DNA of 64,000 nt from an uncultured Alphaproteobacteria bacterium (GCA_944392295.1 CALXWE010000008.1:12474-76473); one strand, 5' to 3'. Positions 1-9,842 are shown, counted from the stretch's first letter. The notes: generated by a model from the letters alone, not told the origin. Numbers and translations: made by a program.

Positions 1-189
1 TCCTTGTGATCTGTCGGTTAATTTTTCCATATTCATGTTTTTAATATCCTTTCATATCATTAAATATAGGAAGTGATATTCAAACCTGCAAGGTCGGGAT
101 TTATGTTAAATTATAAAAATATGCTTGCAGGAGAAATGGTTTTTATAGTACAATCATACATTATTATAAATAACCGGCGGAGATTGATT

Positions 190-924
190 ATGAATAAAAA
201 AACTATCGTCGTATTGGGTATAGGCCTACTGGTGTTGGTGTCGGCTTTAATTAGACAGTTGATGTTTAATAAAGTATTTTTATATGCCGGTACCATAGAA
301 ACCACAAAAGTTATGATATCTTCAAAATTAAGCTCTGACATTGTTGAATATAAAGTAGATGAAGGTGATACGGTTACTAAAGGACAGCTTCTTATAGAAT
401 TAAGCTGCGATACCTATAAAGTTGCCGCTCGGCAGATAAATAACGATTATGAACGTGCGGCAGCCTTGGTCAAAAAAGATCATATTTCCAAAGCCGCTTA
501 CGATGTTGCCGAAAAAAATAAACGCGATAATGATTTAAAATTACAGTGGTGTAAAATAACTTCGCCTTTAGATGGCACGGTTATTACCAAATTTAGAGAA
601 AACGGCGAGGTTGTTGCCGCCGGCGAAACATTGATTTCGGTTGCCGATACTTACGATGTTTATGCCTACTTTTATGTTCCGCATAATGAAGTTTACAAAT
701 TAAAAGTCGGGCAAAAAGTTATCGGTATTTTGCCCGAAGATAACAATCGCCGTTTTACGGGGCATATTACCAAAATCAGCGAAGAGGCGGAATTTACGCC
801 CAAAAATGTTCAAACTCGTGAAGAAAGAACGCGTTTGGTATATGGTATAAAAGTAGAGTTTGATAATCCGGATTTAATCTTAAAAGCCGGTATGACCATA
901 GAAAGTTCTTTAAACGATGAATAA
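190..924 (+). CDS. HlyD-family membrane fusion (periplasmic adaptor) protein, YbhG-like, first gene of an ABC-2 exporter operon
   Basis: ATG at 190 (MNKKTIVVLGIGLLVLV N-terminal membrane anchor) lies inside ORF 73..924. Coiled-coil and beta-barrel adaptor-like sequence. Translationally coupled to the downstream ABC ATPase (stop overlaps next start at 917). Confidence 0.75.
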   Translation: MNKKTIVVLGIGLLVLVSALIRQLMFNKVFLYAGTIETTKVMISSKLSSDIVEYKVDEGDTVTKGQLLIELSCDTYKVAARQINNDYERAAALVKKDHISKAAYDVAEKNKRDNDLKLQWCKITSPLDGTVITKFRENGEVVAAGETLISVADTYDVYAYFYVPHNEVYKLKVGQKVIGILPEDNNRRFTGHITKISEEAEFTPKNVQTREERTRLVYGIKVEFDNPDLILKAGMTIESSLNDE

Positions 925-1648
925 CTTTGCCATAGAAGTTAAAGATTTATGTAAAAGGTTTGGCGATATTGAAGCGTTAAATAAAGTTTCTATGAACTTT
1001 CAAACCGGCAAATTGTATGGCATTATCGGACCGGCAGGAGCCGGCAAGACCACGCTTTTTAGAATAATGCTGGGCTTGATGAACAAAGACAGCGGCAATA
1101 TTTGCTATCAATTTAACTCAAAAGATATTACGGTTGATGAGTTTCGCAATTATACGGCATATATGCCGCAAACACAGAGTTTATACGCTGACTTGTCGGT
1201 AGAAGAACATCTGGAATTTTTCAGGGATTTATATGGTATTTCCGGTCAAGATTATTTGGATAAAAAGCAAGAACTTCTTAAAATGACGCGTCTTGATAAG
1301 TTTTTATCTCGTCCGGCCGGACAATTATCGGGCGGTATGTATAAAAAGTTAGGTTTGATGTGTGCCTTATTAAGATCGCCCAAAGTTATGCTGTTAGATG
1401 AGCCGACCAATGGGGTTGACCCGATAAGCCGTCGAGAATTTTGGGATATGCTGCATATTTCAGTAGAGCAGGGAATTTTAGTTTTAATGACAACAGCCTA
1501 CATGGATGAAGCCGAGCGATGTTCGGAAGTGGTGTTAATGGAAGAAGGGCATGTTTTAGGCAGCGGCGAACCCAAAGAATTATTACAAAAAGCTAACGTT
1601 AAAGATTTTGACGAATTCTTTTTACAAAGAGGAGGCGTCAAAAGATGA
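917..1648 (+). CDS. ABC transporter ATP-binding protein (ABC-2 exporter, first ATPase)
   Basis: Walker A GPAGAGKTT, signature LSGGMYKK, Walker B LLDEPT. Start overlaps the upstream adaptor stop. Confidence 0.9.
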   Translation: MNNFAIEVKDLCKRFGDIEALNKVSMNFQTGKLYGIIGPAGAGKTTLFRIMLGLMNKDSGNICYQFNSKDITVDEFRNYTAYMPQTQSLYADLSVEEHLEFFRDLYGISGQDYLDKKQELLKMTRLDKFLSRPAGQLSGGMYKKLGLMCALLRSPKVMLLDEPTNGVDPISRREFWDMLHISVEQGILVLMTTAYMDEAERCSEVVLMEEGHVLGSGEPKELLQKANVKDFDEFFLQRGGVKR

Positions 1649-2556
1649 GAGATTATATTGTTGAAGTAGAAAATTTATCGGTAAAATTCGGCGATTTTTA
1701 TGCGGTAAAAAATATATCATTTAAGGTAAAAAAAGGCGAAATATTCGGCTTTTTGGGAGCAAACGGTGCTGGAAAAACCACCACTATTCGTGTTTTATGC
1801 GGATTATTACCGGCAAGCAAAGGTAAAGTTATTATAGACGGGGTAGAGTTTGTAAAAGGTAAAGAAAATATCATCAAACAAAAAGTCGGCTATATGTCGC
1901 AACACTTTACCTTATATGATGACTTGTCAATTAAAGAAAATATGGATTTTGCCGCCGGTATTCGTAAGCTTGCCAAAGATGAGTATGAAACTCATCGGCA
2001 AAAATTGCTGGAATTTATAGATTTTAAGCAGGATTTATCAACCGTTGTCAAAGATTTACCTGGAGGTATTAAGCAAGAAATAGCTTTGTGTCAGTCGCTT
2101 TTGCATAACCCGCAACTGGTATTTTTAGATGAGCCGACTGCAGGTGTGGCACCGGCGGCGCGTTACCGTTTTTGGGAGCTTATTCGAACTTTGGCTCATC
2201 AGGGTAAGACCATTTTTGTAACCACTCACTATATGGATGAGGCGGAAAATTGCGGCCGTATAGCCTTAATGCGTTCCGGTGAGCTTATAGAATTGGATTC
2301 GCCGGAGAATTTGAAAGCCAAAACTTTTAAGCGGCAGATGTATAATTTTACTCCCAAGGCAAAAGATTGGCAATTGCCGGATAAAAAAGACTTTGCCATT
2401 TTTGAACCTTACGGGCAACATTATCATGTTTTGTTTAATGATAATGCCGATGAAGAAAAGCTTTTAAAAAAGCTGAGTACAGATTTTGAAATTGAAAAAA
2501 TAAGTCCGTCATTGGAAGATGTTTTTATTCGTGTGGTGGAGGGACAAAACCGATGA
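1645..2556 (+). CDS. ABC transporter ATP-binding protein (second ATPase; YbhF-like function split into two genes)
   Basis: Walker A GANGAGKTT, signature LPGG, Walker B FLDEPT. 4 bp overlap with the previous gene. Confidence 0.9.
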   Translation: MRDYIVEVENLSVKFGDFYAVKNISFKVKKGEIFGFLGANGAGKTTTIRVLCGLLPASKGKVIIDGVEFVKGKENIIKQKVGYMSQHFTLYDDLSIKENMDFAAGIRKLAKDEYETHRQKLLEFIDFKQDLSTVVKDLPGGIKQEIALCQSLLHNPQLVFLDEPTAGVAPAARYRFWELIRTLAHQGKTIFVTTHYMDEAENCGRIALMRSGELIELDSPENLKAKTFKRQMYNFTPKAKDWQLPDKKDFAIFEPYGQHYHVLFNDNADEEKLLKKLSTDFEIEKISPSLEDVFIRVVEGQNR

Positions 2557-3674
2557 AAATGTTTTCTTATACACGAGCCGGAGCGATTTTTAAGAAAGAA
2601 TTCAAGCACATTTTTCGTGATCCTTTTACTTTGATGATGGCACTTTTACTGCCTCTTTTAATTGTATTGATTTTGGGAAATTGCATAGAATTTAATGTTC
2701 AGGAAATAGATTTAGCCTATTGGGACCAAGATAAAACCGAAAGCTCACGCAAATTGGTAGAAACTTTCGGCAGTTCGGATTATTTTCGTCCTTATGAAGT
2801 AACAAATCCGGATAAAGGCTTTGCCGATGTTGTCTCCGAACACGCCAAGGCGATGCTGATTATACCTCCCGAGTTTGAAAAAAATTTTGTAACGGGCCGC
2901 AAGGCAGATGTGCAAATCTTGTTAGACGGTGCAGATAATTCCTCCATTTCGGCCATTAACAATTACCTTAACACCATAAATACCGATGCCGTATATAAAA
3001 TAAAAGATATTCCGCCGGAAGATAATTCATTGTTGAAATTTAAAACACGGTATTTGTTTAACCCGGAATTAAATTCCAAATGGTTTTCTATTCCCGGAAT
3101 TTCGGCGGTAATTATTGCTTTAGTGGCGATTATGTTAACGGCTCTGACCATTTGTAAAGAGTGGGAGCAAGGTTCTATGGAAATGCTGCTTTCTACGCCG
3201 GTAACATCAACGGAAATAATGTTTGGTAAGCTTCTGCCGTATGCGGTTTTAAGCTTTTGCGGATTTATAATTGTATATGTGGCGGCGAGGCTGATTTTCG
3301 GTATACCGTTTGTCGGAAGTTATTTTATTTTAATTTTGGCTACCGTATTGTTTATTTTTGATTATCTGGCATTAGGATTATATGTTTCGGTCATAAGTCA
3401 TGAACAGCAGGTGGCAATTCAATATGCGGCAACGATAGGTTTGCTGCCGACGGCATTATTATCGGGATTTATTTTTCCGATTCAGTATATGCCGCAGATA
3501 TTTCAGTGGGTATCGGCTTTGTTTCCGGCCCGATTTTATATTGAGATATCCCGAGACCAATTTTTAAAAGCCAGTAGTTTTGAAGATTTAATCGTTCCGT
3601 TTACGGCACTTTTTATTCAGGCAGTGGTATTAATGAGTGCCTGTGTTTGGCGTTTTAGGAGGACCTTGGAATGA
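2553..3674 (+). CDS. ABC-2 type transporter permease
   Basis: N-terminal TM helix, a large periplasmic loop, then about five C-terminal TM helices typical of ABC-2 (YbhS/YbhR-like) permeases. Overlapping start and stop with neighbours. Confidence 0.8.
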   Translation: MKMFSYTRAGAIFKKEFKHIFRDPFTLMMALLLPLLIVLILGNCIEFNVQEIDLAYWDQDKTESSRKLVETFGSSDYFRPYEVTNPDKGFADVVSEHAKAMLIIPPEFEKNFVTGRKADVQILLDGADNSSISAINNYLNTINTDAVYKIKDIPPEDNSLLKFKTRYLFNPELNSKWFSIPGISAVIIALVAIMLTALTICKEWEQGSMEMLLSTPVTSTEIMFGKLLPYAVLSFCGFIIVYVAARLIFGIPFVGSYFILILATVLFIFDYLALGLYVSVISHEQQVAIQYAATIGLLPTALLSGFIFPIQYMPQIFQWVSALFPARFYIEISRDQFLKASSFEDLIVPFTALFIQAVVLMSACVWRFRRTLE

Positions 3675-4759
3675 TTTTATTAAGCTTTATAAAAAAAGAG
3701 CTGATAAGCTTATTAAGAGATCCGGTTATGTTGGCCGCCATTTTGATTATGCCGATGGTACAAGTTGTGGTGTTAAGTCAAGCCATTACCATGGAAGCCC
3801 GCAATTTGCATTTGGTGGTAGAGACTAATACCGATGATTATGTGTTAGACCGTATTTACGACCACGCCTTAGGTTCAGGATGGTTTGAGAAAGTTGAGCC
3901 ACTTAAAGAAAGCGCCATGGAAGCGGTACAGTCAGGTAAAGCCGATGTTGCCATAATAGCACCCCCGGGAGGGTTGACTAAATCATTATTAAGAAACGAA
4001 GGAAGACTGCAAATTTTAATTGATGCCACCAATGTACTGAAGGCTCAAAGCATTGAAGGATATTTGCAGGCTATTATCTCTCAGGTTATGCAAGAAGAAA
4101 TGCATATAAAAGTATCACAGCCGATAGTTTTTAATACGCGAATTTTATTTAACCCGCAACTTGATACGCAACATTTTTTAATTCCGGCGATTTTAGCCAT
4201 TTTGGTATTGATGTCGCTTTTAACTTTGATATGTATTTCCTTAACCCGAGAAAAAGAAAAAGGTACGATAGAAACTTTAATTTCGGCACCCATATCCAAA
4301 TATGATATTATTTTCGGTAAAGTTATTCCCTATATTTTGGTAGCACTGGTTAATATGTTTCTTATTCAAAGTATCGGTGTGTTGATGTTTGCCCTACCGT
4401 TTAAGGGTTCATTTTTAATGTTTATGGCCTCGTTTATATGTTTTTGTATTCCGGCAACAGCGACGGCGGTATGGCTTTCTACCTATACGCATACCCAACA
4501 ACAAGCAATGCTTGGTATGATAATTATTTTATTTTTATCCATGATGTTATCGGGAGCCTTATTCCCGATAGAAAATATGCCGTTAGCGTTACAGTATATA
4601 TCTAAGTTAAATCCGCTAACTCATTTTACTTATTTAACCCGCAACATCATCTTAAAAGGGGCGGGATGGAACTACTTTTTTGAACATGCCTCGGTAATGT
4701 TGGGAGTGGGAGTATTTATAGCCTTTTTTGCCATAAAAAGATTTAAGACAACCCTATAG
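3671..4759 (+). CDS. ABC-2 type transporter permease (second paralogous permease)
   Basis: Same architecture as the preceding permease and in operon with it. Confidence 0.8.
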   Translation: MILLSFIKKELISLLRDPVMLAAILIMPMVQVVVLSQAITMEARNLHLVVETNTDDYVLDRIYDHALGSGWFEKVEPLKESAMEAVQSGKADVAIIAPPGGLTKSLLRNEGRLQILIDATNVLKAQSIEGYLQAIISQVMQEEMHIKVSQPIVFNTRILFNPQLDTQHFLIPAILAILVLMSLLTLICISLTREKEKGTIETLISAPISKYDIIFGKVIPYILVALVNMFLIQSIGVLMFALPFKGSFLMFMASFICFCIPATATAVWLSTYTHTQQQAMLGMIIILFLSMMLSGALFPIENMPLALQYISKLNPLTHFTYLTRNIILKGAGWNYFFEHASVMLGVGVFIAFFAIKRFKTTL

Positions 4760-4825
4760 CTGTAAGCTTGCTTGACAAAGTGCAGGTGATTGATTAGTTT
4801 AAATCCGAACAAAAAAGGAAGACAG

Positions 4826-5794
4826 ATGAGAAGATTTTTAGTTAAAGGCTTAATGGTTTTAATTGCTTTACAGATACCGTTTAGTTTTTTTAACTGGCAG
4901 GTAAACAAGCCTTTGCCTATGACAAGCCCGATTGTGGTAGAAATGCCCAGAGGTGGCAATGCCGGAGTGCTGGGGAATAAGTTAAAAGAAGAGGGCGCAG
5001 TAAAATTTCCGTTATTGGTAAAGCTAACTTCACGAGCCTTTGGGTATGATAAAAAATTAAAAGCCGGAGAATATGAATTATTACCCGGAATGTCGTTATT
5101 AGATGTTTTAGAAAAAGTATCATCGGGCAAGGTAGTTTTACACCGCTTAACTTTACCGGAAGGTTTAACCACAAACCAGATGCTTAAGATTATAGAAAAT
5201 AACGAGTTATTGACGGGAACTATAACCGAGCCGATAAAAGAGGGTGAATTATTGCCGGAAACTTACAGCTTTCATAAAGGAGAGAGTCGTAATAATTTTA
5301 TTATTAATGCCAAAAATGCCATGAAAAAGGCTTTAAGTGAGGCATGGGAAGGAAGAGATGAAAACTTACCTCTAGATTCCAAAGAGGAATTATTGATTTT
5401 AGCCTCGATTATTGAAAAAGAAACGGCAGTATCCTCAGAAAGAGGGACGGTAGCATCGGTCTTTATCAACAGGTTGAATAAGGGAATGTTACTACAAACC
5501 GATCCGACGGTAATTTATGCAATTACCTTGGGAAAGGGAGACTTGGGAAGAAGATTAAAGAGAAAAGATTTACAGGTGGAAAGTCCTTATAACACTTATA
5601 AAAACAAGGGGTTGCCGCCGACACCGATTTGCAATCCCGGACTAAAATCGTTACAAGCTGCGGCACATCCTGAAGATACCGATTATTTGTTTTTCGTAGC
5701 TGACGGTAAAGGCGGTCACAATTTTGCCAAGAGCTTAAACGAGCATAATCGCAATGTAAAAGCTTGGGTAAACAGTTTAAGGAAACAAAAATGA
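4826..5794 (+). CDS. mltG: endolytic murein transglycosylase MltG (YceG family)
   Basis: ATG at 4826 preceded by AGGAAG. Single N-terminal TM helix and a YceG-like domain with conserved ETA / YNTY(K) / GLPPTPI motifs. Confidence 0.8.
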   Translation: MRRFLVKGLMVLIALQIPFSFFNWQVNKPLPMTSPIVVEMPRGGNAGVLGNKLKEEGAVKFPLLVKLTSRAFGYDKKLKAGEYELLPGMSLLDVLEKVSSGKVVLHRLTLPEGLTTNQMLKIIENNELLTGTITEPIKEGELLPETYSFHKGESRNNFIINAKNAMKKALSEAWEGRDENLPLDSKEELLILASIIEKETAVSSERGTVASVFINRLNKGMLLQTDPTVIYAITLGKGDLGRRLKRKDLQVESPYNTYKNKGLPPTPICNPGLKSLQAAAHPEDTDYLFFVADGKGGHNFAKSLNEHNRNVKAWVNSLRKQK

Positions 5795-6273
5795 TAAAAA
5801 ACTTTATAAACGAGTTTAAGAAGTTTGCCTTAAGAGGCAATGTAATAGATATGGCGGTAGGTATCATTATAGGAGCCTCATTTGGTAAGATAGCCGATTC
5901 TTTGGTAAAAGATATAATAATGCCGCCGCTGGGCTTGTTGCTAGGCAAGGTAGATTTTAAAAATTGGTTTTTAGTATTGAATGATGGAGTAGTGGAAGGT
6001 CCTTACGCATCATTGGAAGCGGCCCAAAGTGCGGGAGCCATAACCTTAAACATCGGTTTATTTTTAAATACATTGCTAAGTTTTGTTATTGTGGCATTTG
6101 CGGTGTTTGTGTTAATCAAGAGCATCAATACCTTGCAAGATAAGGTACTGGCAGCTGAAAAAAGGGCAGCAGATAAAGAAGAAGCGGCAACAATAAAAGT
6201 TTGCCCGTATTGTTGCAGTGAAATACCGATGCAAGCCACACGCTGCCCGCATTGCACCTCAAAGTTAAAGTAG
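5791..6273 (+). CDS. mscL: large-conductance mechanosensitive channel MscL with a C-terminal CxxC-x-CxxC zinc-ribbon extension
   Basis: MIKNFINEFKKFALRGNVIDMAVGIIIGASFGKI is the canonical MscL N-terminus with two TM helices. An extra C-terminal tail reads CPYCCSEIPMQATRCPHCTSK. Confidence 0.85.
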   Translation: MIKNFINEFKKFALRGNVIDMAVGIIIGASFGKIADSLVKDIIMPPLGLLLGKVDFKNWFLVLNDGVVEGPYASLEAAQSAGAITLNIGLFLNTLLSFVIVAFAVFVLIKSINTLQDKVLAAEKRAADKEEAATIKVCPYCCSEIPMQATRCPHCTSKLK

Positions 6274-6331
6274 GGATTATCATTGAAAATTATAAATGTT
6301 TCTGGTAGTGTATTTCCAAAGGAGATGTGGT

Positions 6332-6904
6332 ATGAAAAAAATTTGTTTGTTTTTATTATTCCTACTAATAACATCTTGCTCGACTATTGATACTTTAGAG
6401 GAAATAGGTGTTGACAATAAAAGATGTATTGGAATTCGTAGATTTAAAGTCCTACAGGCGGTATATCATAATACGGGATTAGCTTTTGAATGTTTTACTC
6501 CTGACTGTAGTGATGCCTATAGAAATAACCTAGATTTTATTTTAGGGGACAAAGTAAGTGAAGATTTATATGATGGTATGATTTACGAAGTTCCTACAGA
6601 TAAATGTGCTGTTAGGGACGGTGTGTTTAAATACGAAACTAAAGATGGGTTACAGAAAACAGTTTCCAAAATTGTTTTTGAGTACAAAAATGATTATCAA
6701 TCAGAAGAAGAACATCAAAAAAGAATTTATAAAGCAAAAGAAGATATAGCTTCAATATGTATTAATAGGTACGAAGATGAAAATTTACCAAAAGATGAAA
6801 AATATTGTACTTGTTACGCAAACAGTTATGTAAATAATAGTGGTGATGCTCAATCAATCAAAAAAGAATGTGGCAAGTTGCCCGATTTTTTACCACATAA
6901 TTAA
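6332..6904 (+). CDS. hypothetical cysteine-rich lipoprotein
   Basis: MKKICLFLLFLLITSC lipobox with LITSC cleavage cysteine. Multiple cysteines downstream. No recognisable family. Confidence 0.5.
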   Translation: MKKICLFLLFLLITSCSTIDTLEEIGVDNKRCIGIRRFKVLQAVYHNTGLAFECFTPDCSDAYRNNLDFILGDKVSEDLYDGMIYEVPTDKCAVRDGVFKYETKDGLQKTVSKIVFEYKNDYQSEEEHQKRIYKAKEDIASICINRYEDENLPKDEKYCTCYANSYVNNSGDAQSIKKECGKLPDFLPHN

Positions 6905-6918
6905 ATTGTTTAAGGGAA

Positions 6919-7425
6919 ATGACGAGTATGGATAAATGGGAAAAATTTTGGAAAAGTGATGAAAATAAAAATTCATTGCCGGATGATTTTTTTAAAAAAA
7001 ATGATGAAAAATACGATTACACTGAAGAAAAGTATGAATATACGAAATCCTTAACTGAAAATGCTATCCAGAGAAACTGGATAACCCCTACACAGTTTTT
7101 GTGTTGTCCTCAAAAAATTAGTAATACACCGTTAAATGATTACCTGAATAATTTACAGATTGATAAAATCTTTTCTAATAATCAATACGGACAATCAAAA
7201 ATAGTTAAGTTTGGAATGTCTAAAGATAAAAAAACAATAGTAGTACAAACCTATACAGAAGGTGGTGTAAAAAATCTATATATTGCTAAAATAACCTTTG
7301 AAAATAATTTGTTTGTGCATACAAATGGTGGTAGTTATTTTTCGGATGAAGGTGCAGAAAAGTATTATACCTTAGCTTTAGGGGAAGAATGGACTGGAGG
7401 AGAGGTTTTAGACGACTATTGCTAA
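6919..7425 (+). CDS. hypothetical protein (no signal peptide)
   Basis: 168 aa ORF with RBS-like GGGAAATGACGAG context. Lies adjacent to the tRNA-Gly locus. No recognisable motifs. Confidence 0.4.
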   Translation: MTSMDKWEKFWKSDENKNSLPDDFFKKNDEKYDYTEEKYEYTKSLTENAIQRNWITPTQFLCCPQKISNTPLNDYLNNLQIDKIFSNNQYGQSKIVKFGMSKDKKTIVVQTYTEGGVKNLYIAKITFENNLFVHTNGGSYFSDEGAEKYYTLALGEEWTGGEVLDDYC

Positions 7426-7426
7426 T

Positions 7427-7462
7427 AAAAAAGACCATTTTCTATGGTCTTTTTTATTGGAG
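7427..7462 (+). terminator. rho-independent terminator hairpin (AAAAGACCATTTTCTATGGTCTTTTTT)
   Basis: Perfect GACCAT/ATGGTC stem followed by a T-run directly after the stop at 7425. A near-identical copy occurs at 7608..7637 next to the tRNA. Confidence 0.55.
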
Positions 7463-7490
7463 CTGGTAAGGGGAACGCTAAGTAAAAACA
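7427..7490. repeat. partial duplicate of the tRNA-Gly 3' end plus its adjacent hairpin
   Basis: aaaagaccattttctatggtcttttttattggagcTggtaaGgggaaCGC at 7427..7476 matches aaaagaccatttttcatggtcttttttattggagcGggtaaCgggaaTCGaacc at 7608..7660. About 36 bp are near-identical, with about 15 bp of degenerate extension into the tRNA acceptor/T arm. Confidence 0.55.
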
Positions 7491-7638
7491 ACCGCTGCTC
7501 CGGTTGTTTTTATCTGCAAGTTCTTTGTAACATCTTAACGAGCCAGGGAAGTATAGAACGACCGCAGCGAGTTTAGATGCCAAAGAGGTATTCCCGTCCG
7601 CAATCAAAAAAAAGACCATTTTTCATGGTCTTTTTTAT

Positions 7639-7712
7639 TGGAGCGGGTAACGGGAATCGAACCCGCATTAAAAGCTTGGGAAGCTCTCATTCTACCATTG
7701 AATTATACCCGC
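7639..7712 (-). tRNA. tRNA-Gly (anticodon CCC)
   Basis: Reverse complement folds as GCGGGTA / TACCCGC acceptor stem, ATTC/GAAT D-stem, AGAGC-TTCCCAA-GCTTT anticodon arm (CCC), GCGGG-TTCGATT-CCCGT T-arm, discriminator U and encoded CCA. Total 74 nt. Confidence 0.85.
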
Positions 7713-7748
7713 AAATATTACCGCAACAGGCAATCTTTACCACGATAT

Positions 7749-9842
7749 TTACGACAATATTCTTACCAATTCAAGCGCTATATCCAATTTATAAACACGT
7801 CCGTTCTGCTCGTTCTTAGGATACATCGGTACTAAATCAAGTGCAAATATGTTGGCTTGCTGATTGATAAATTCGTGTCCGTAGGTTATGACCGGAACAT
7901 TCGATTCTAAATATTTACGTAATTCATCGATTTCTTTGGTCTTGTTTTTAGATGAACCTGAACGTTTCATAAATAATTCCGAATATTCAAAAATAACATA
8001 AACAATACCGGCTAATACCAGAGAGCTGATAAGTTTAATGTATATGCTCATAAACAACACCGCCAGCACAATGAAAATTGCCGCAAAAGTTTTAAGAGCA
8101 TAGCCGGTTATTTTAGATTTATATTTTTTATTCAAGACCCAAATATAAAAGGCGATTGTTAAGGTCGATGAAAACAAAATCAAGCCGGTTTGTAAGGGGT
8201 TGATTCCCAAATAAGCAATGGCAATTTCGGTTAATATAAGCATACCGATACTAAACAACAAATAACCGATGTTAAGTTGTAATGACAACATTTTTAAGGT
8301 AAGCTTGGCACTTTTTTCCATAATATTTTCGGCACGGTTAAATTTAAGCATATTTGCATCATTAGCCGTAATTACCGATTCTTTACCCAAAAACAGATTG
8401 TTAATTACATTTTTTTCAGCTCTGCTTAAAGTTGACATATCATCTGTTTTTTTAATAAGCAAAATTGAACCGTCTTGTTTTTGAATATCAATAATATTCT
8501 TTTTATACATATCAAGTAAAGAGGCGACAAAAGCCGTTTTATCAAATTTTCCTGTCAATAAAAAGCGAGAAATAGGAGCAGTTTGCTTAAATGAAGTTTT
8601 AAGTTTAAGCTTATTTCTTTGCAAATATTTCCAAGACAAGATGTAAGAAATGAGCACGGCGGCAAGTCCGGCAAAAGCAAACAGAATATCGCCGTAATCG
8701 GTAACAAACCAAACAAAACGTCGGCTTGCACCCGGCTCCATAAATACATTTTTATCTAAAGATACCAACAAATACATACCCTCGGCGGGCAATAGCGGAG
8801 TAGTAGAGGCAAAGCCCAAAGCGTTGGTATCTAAAGCGGCAACAACGGCGCGGTTAAAAGACAATCTTTTTGGGTAGCCGATGATTACGTTTTGTGATAA
8901 AAAGTTCTTTCCGTCCGGGATTGAAACTATGGCATTGGCCGAAGTAACAACTAAGTTTAAATAACTTCCCGCCACATCCCAGTAAAATTCGGTAAAGTCA
9001 TCATAATACCAAAGTTTACGGTCGACCAAATAGTTAAACGTATAATTATAAACACCGGGCTGTAAGGAGTATTCTTGTTGGGGCTTTATATAAATATTGT
9101 TGCCGATTTCTTCTAATACATAAGGAACTTGTTTGCCGTTGACGGAAACATTCATAAGCTGAATATCAAGTTTTTTCTCCACGCCGGCTCGCGATTTTGA
9201 AAACTTAGGCAATACTTTAATTAAGCCGTGTTTTAATTTTTGACCGTTGGCAACTACGGTAATATCTTCTCTGACCTGAATCAAGCCGGAAGGTAAAATG
9301 TTAAATGAAGCCAAGAGGTATGGAATATGCTCTTTAGCCGGAGCCAAGATATTTCTTCCGGTAGGCAGCGTAACATTGACGACCGGAATGTTAGGTTGCG
9401 AGAGTTCTTTAACAGCTGCTTGTTGCTTTTCGGGAGCGAGCTCATAAAAGGTAGTAGGAGAAGTAACGGAAGCATCTTCACTTTCGGAGCCGGAAATACG
9501 CTTCATGGCTTGGTCGTAAATTTTTTCAAATGTGGATTTGTTTTGTTCCTGCATTTGGGCAATATATTCGGCGCTGTGCTGTACGCTCATCGCGTCAGAC
9601 TTACTTAAGTCTCCTATATCGGAGATATGGCTCGTTGCAGCGTTTTCAAAACGATTTTTAAAAAAATCGATAACCTCTTCGGTATTTTGAGGGTTGGGCA
9701 TACCTTCGACCTGTGTCGACTGCGATACATACTCAGGCGAAGGTGTCTGAGAAATCTGATTTACTTCCACAATGCGGGCGTGAGCAGTATTTTGCGCCAA
9801 CAGCAATATATTGAAACAAACTGCAAGAAAAAGTTTTTTCAT
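7749..9842 (-). CDS. large membrane protein with signal peptide, big extracytoplasmic domain and a C-terminal multi-TM region (DUF2207-like topology, tentative)
   Basis: Start taken at internal ATG (MKKLFLAVCFNILLLAQNTAHA signal peptide) rather than at the ORF-track start. About 400 aa hydrophilic domain, then four or five TM helices interrupted by a cytoplasmic loop. Confidence 0.4.
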   Translation of the reverse strand: MKKLFLAVCFNILLLAQNTAHARIVEVNQISQTPSPEYVSQSTQVEGMPNPQNTEEVIDFFKNRFENAATSHISDIGDLSKSDAMSVQHSAEYIAQMQEQNKSTFEKIYDQAMKRISGSESEDASVTSPTTFYELAPEKQQAAVKELSQPNIPVVNVTLPTGRNILAPAKEHIPYLLASFNILPSGLIQVREDITVVANGQKLKHGLIKVLPKFSKSRAGVEKKLDIQLMNVSVNGKQVPYVLEEIGNNIYIKPQQEYSLQPGVYNYTFNYLVDRKLWYYDDFTEFYWDVAGSYLNLVVTSANAIVSIPDGKNFLSQNVIIGYPKRLSFNRAVVAALDTNALGFASTTPLLPAEGMYLLVSLDKNVFMEPGASRRFVWFVTDYGDILFAFAGLAAVLISYILSWKYLQRNKLKLKTSFKQTAPISRFLLTGKFDKTAFVASLLDMYKKNIIDIQKQDGSILLIKKTDDMSTLSRAEKNVINNLFLGKESVITANDANMLKFNRAENIMEKSAKLTLKMLSLQLNIGYLLFSIGMLILTEIAIAYLGINPLQTGLILFSSTLTIAFYIWVLNKKYKSKITGYALKTFAAIFIVLAVLFMSIYIKLISSLVLAGIVYVIFEYSELFMKRSGSSKNKTKEIDELRKYLESNVPVITYGHEFINQQANIFALDLVPMYPKNEQNGRVYKLDIALELVRILS

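Noticed and set aside
73-189. N-terminal 39 aa extension of the HlyD-like ORF in the six-frame track
   Set aside because: Begins at an in-frame ATG at 73 with no RBS and reads through AT-rich promoter-like sequence. The ATG at 190 gives the expected short cytoplasmic tail plus membrane anchor of adaptor proteins.
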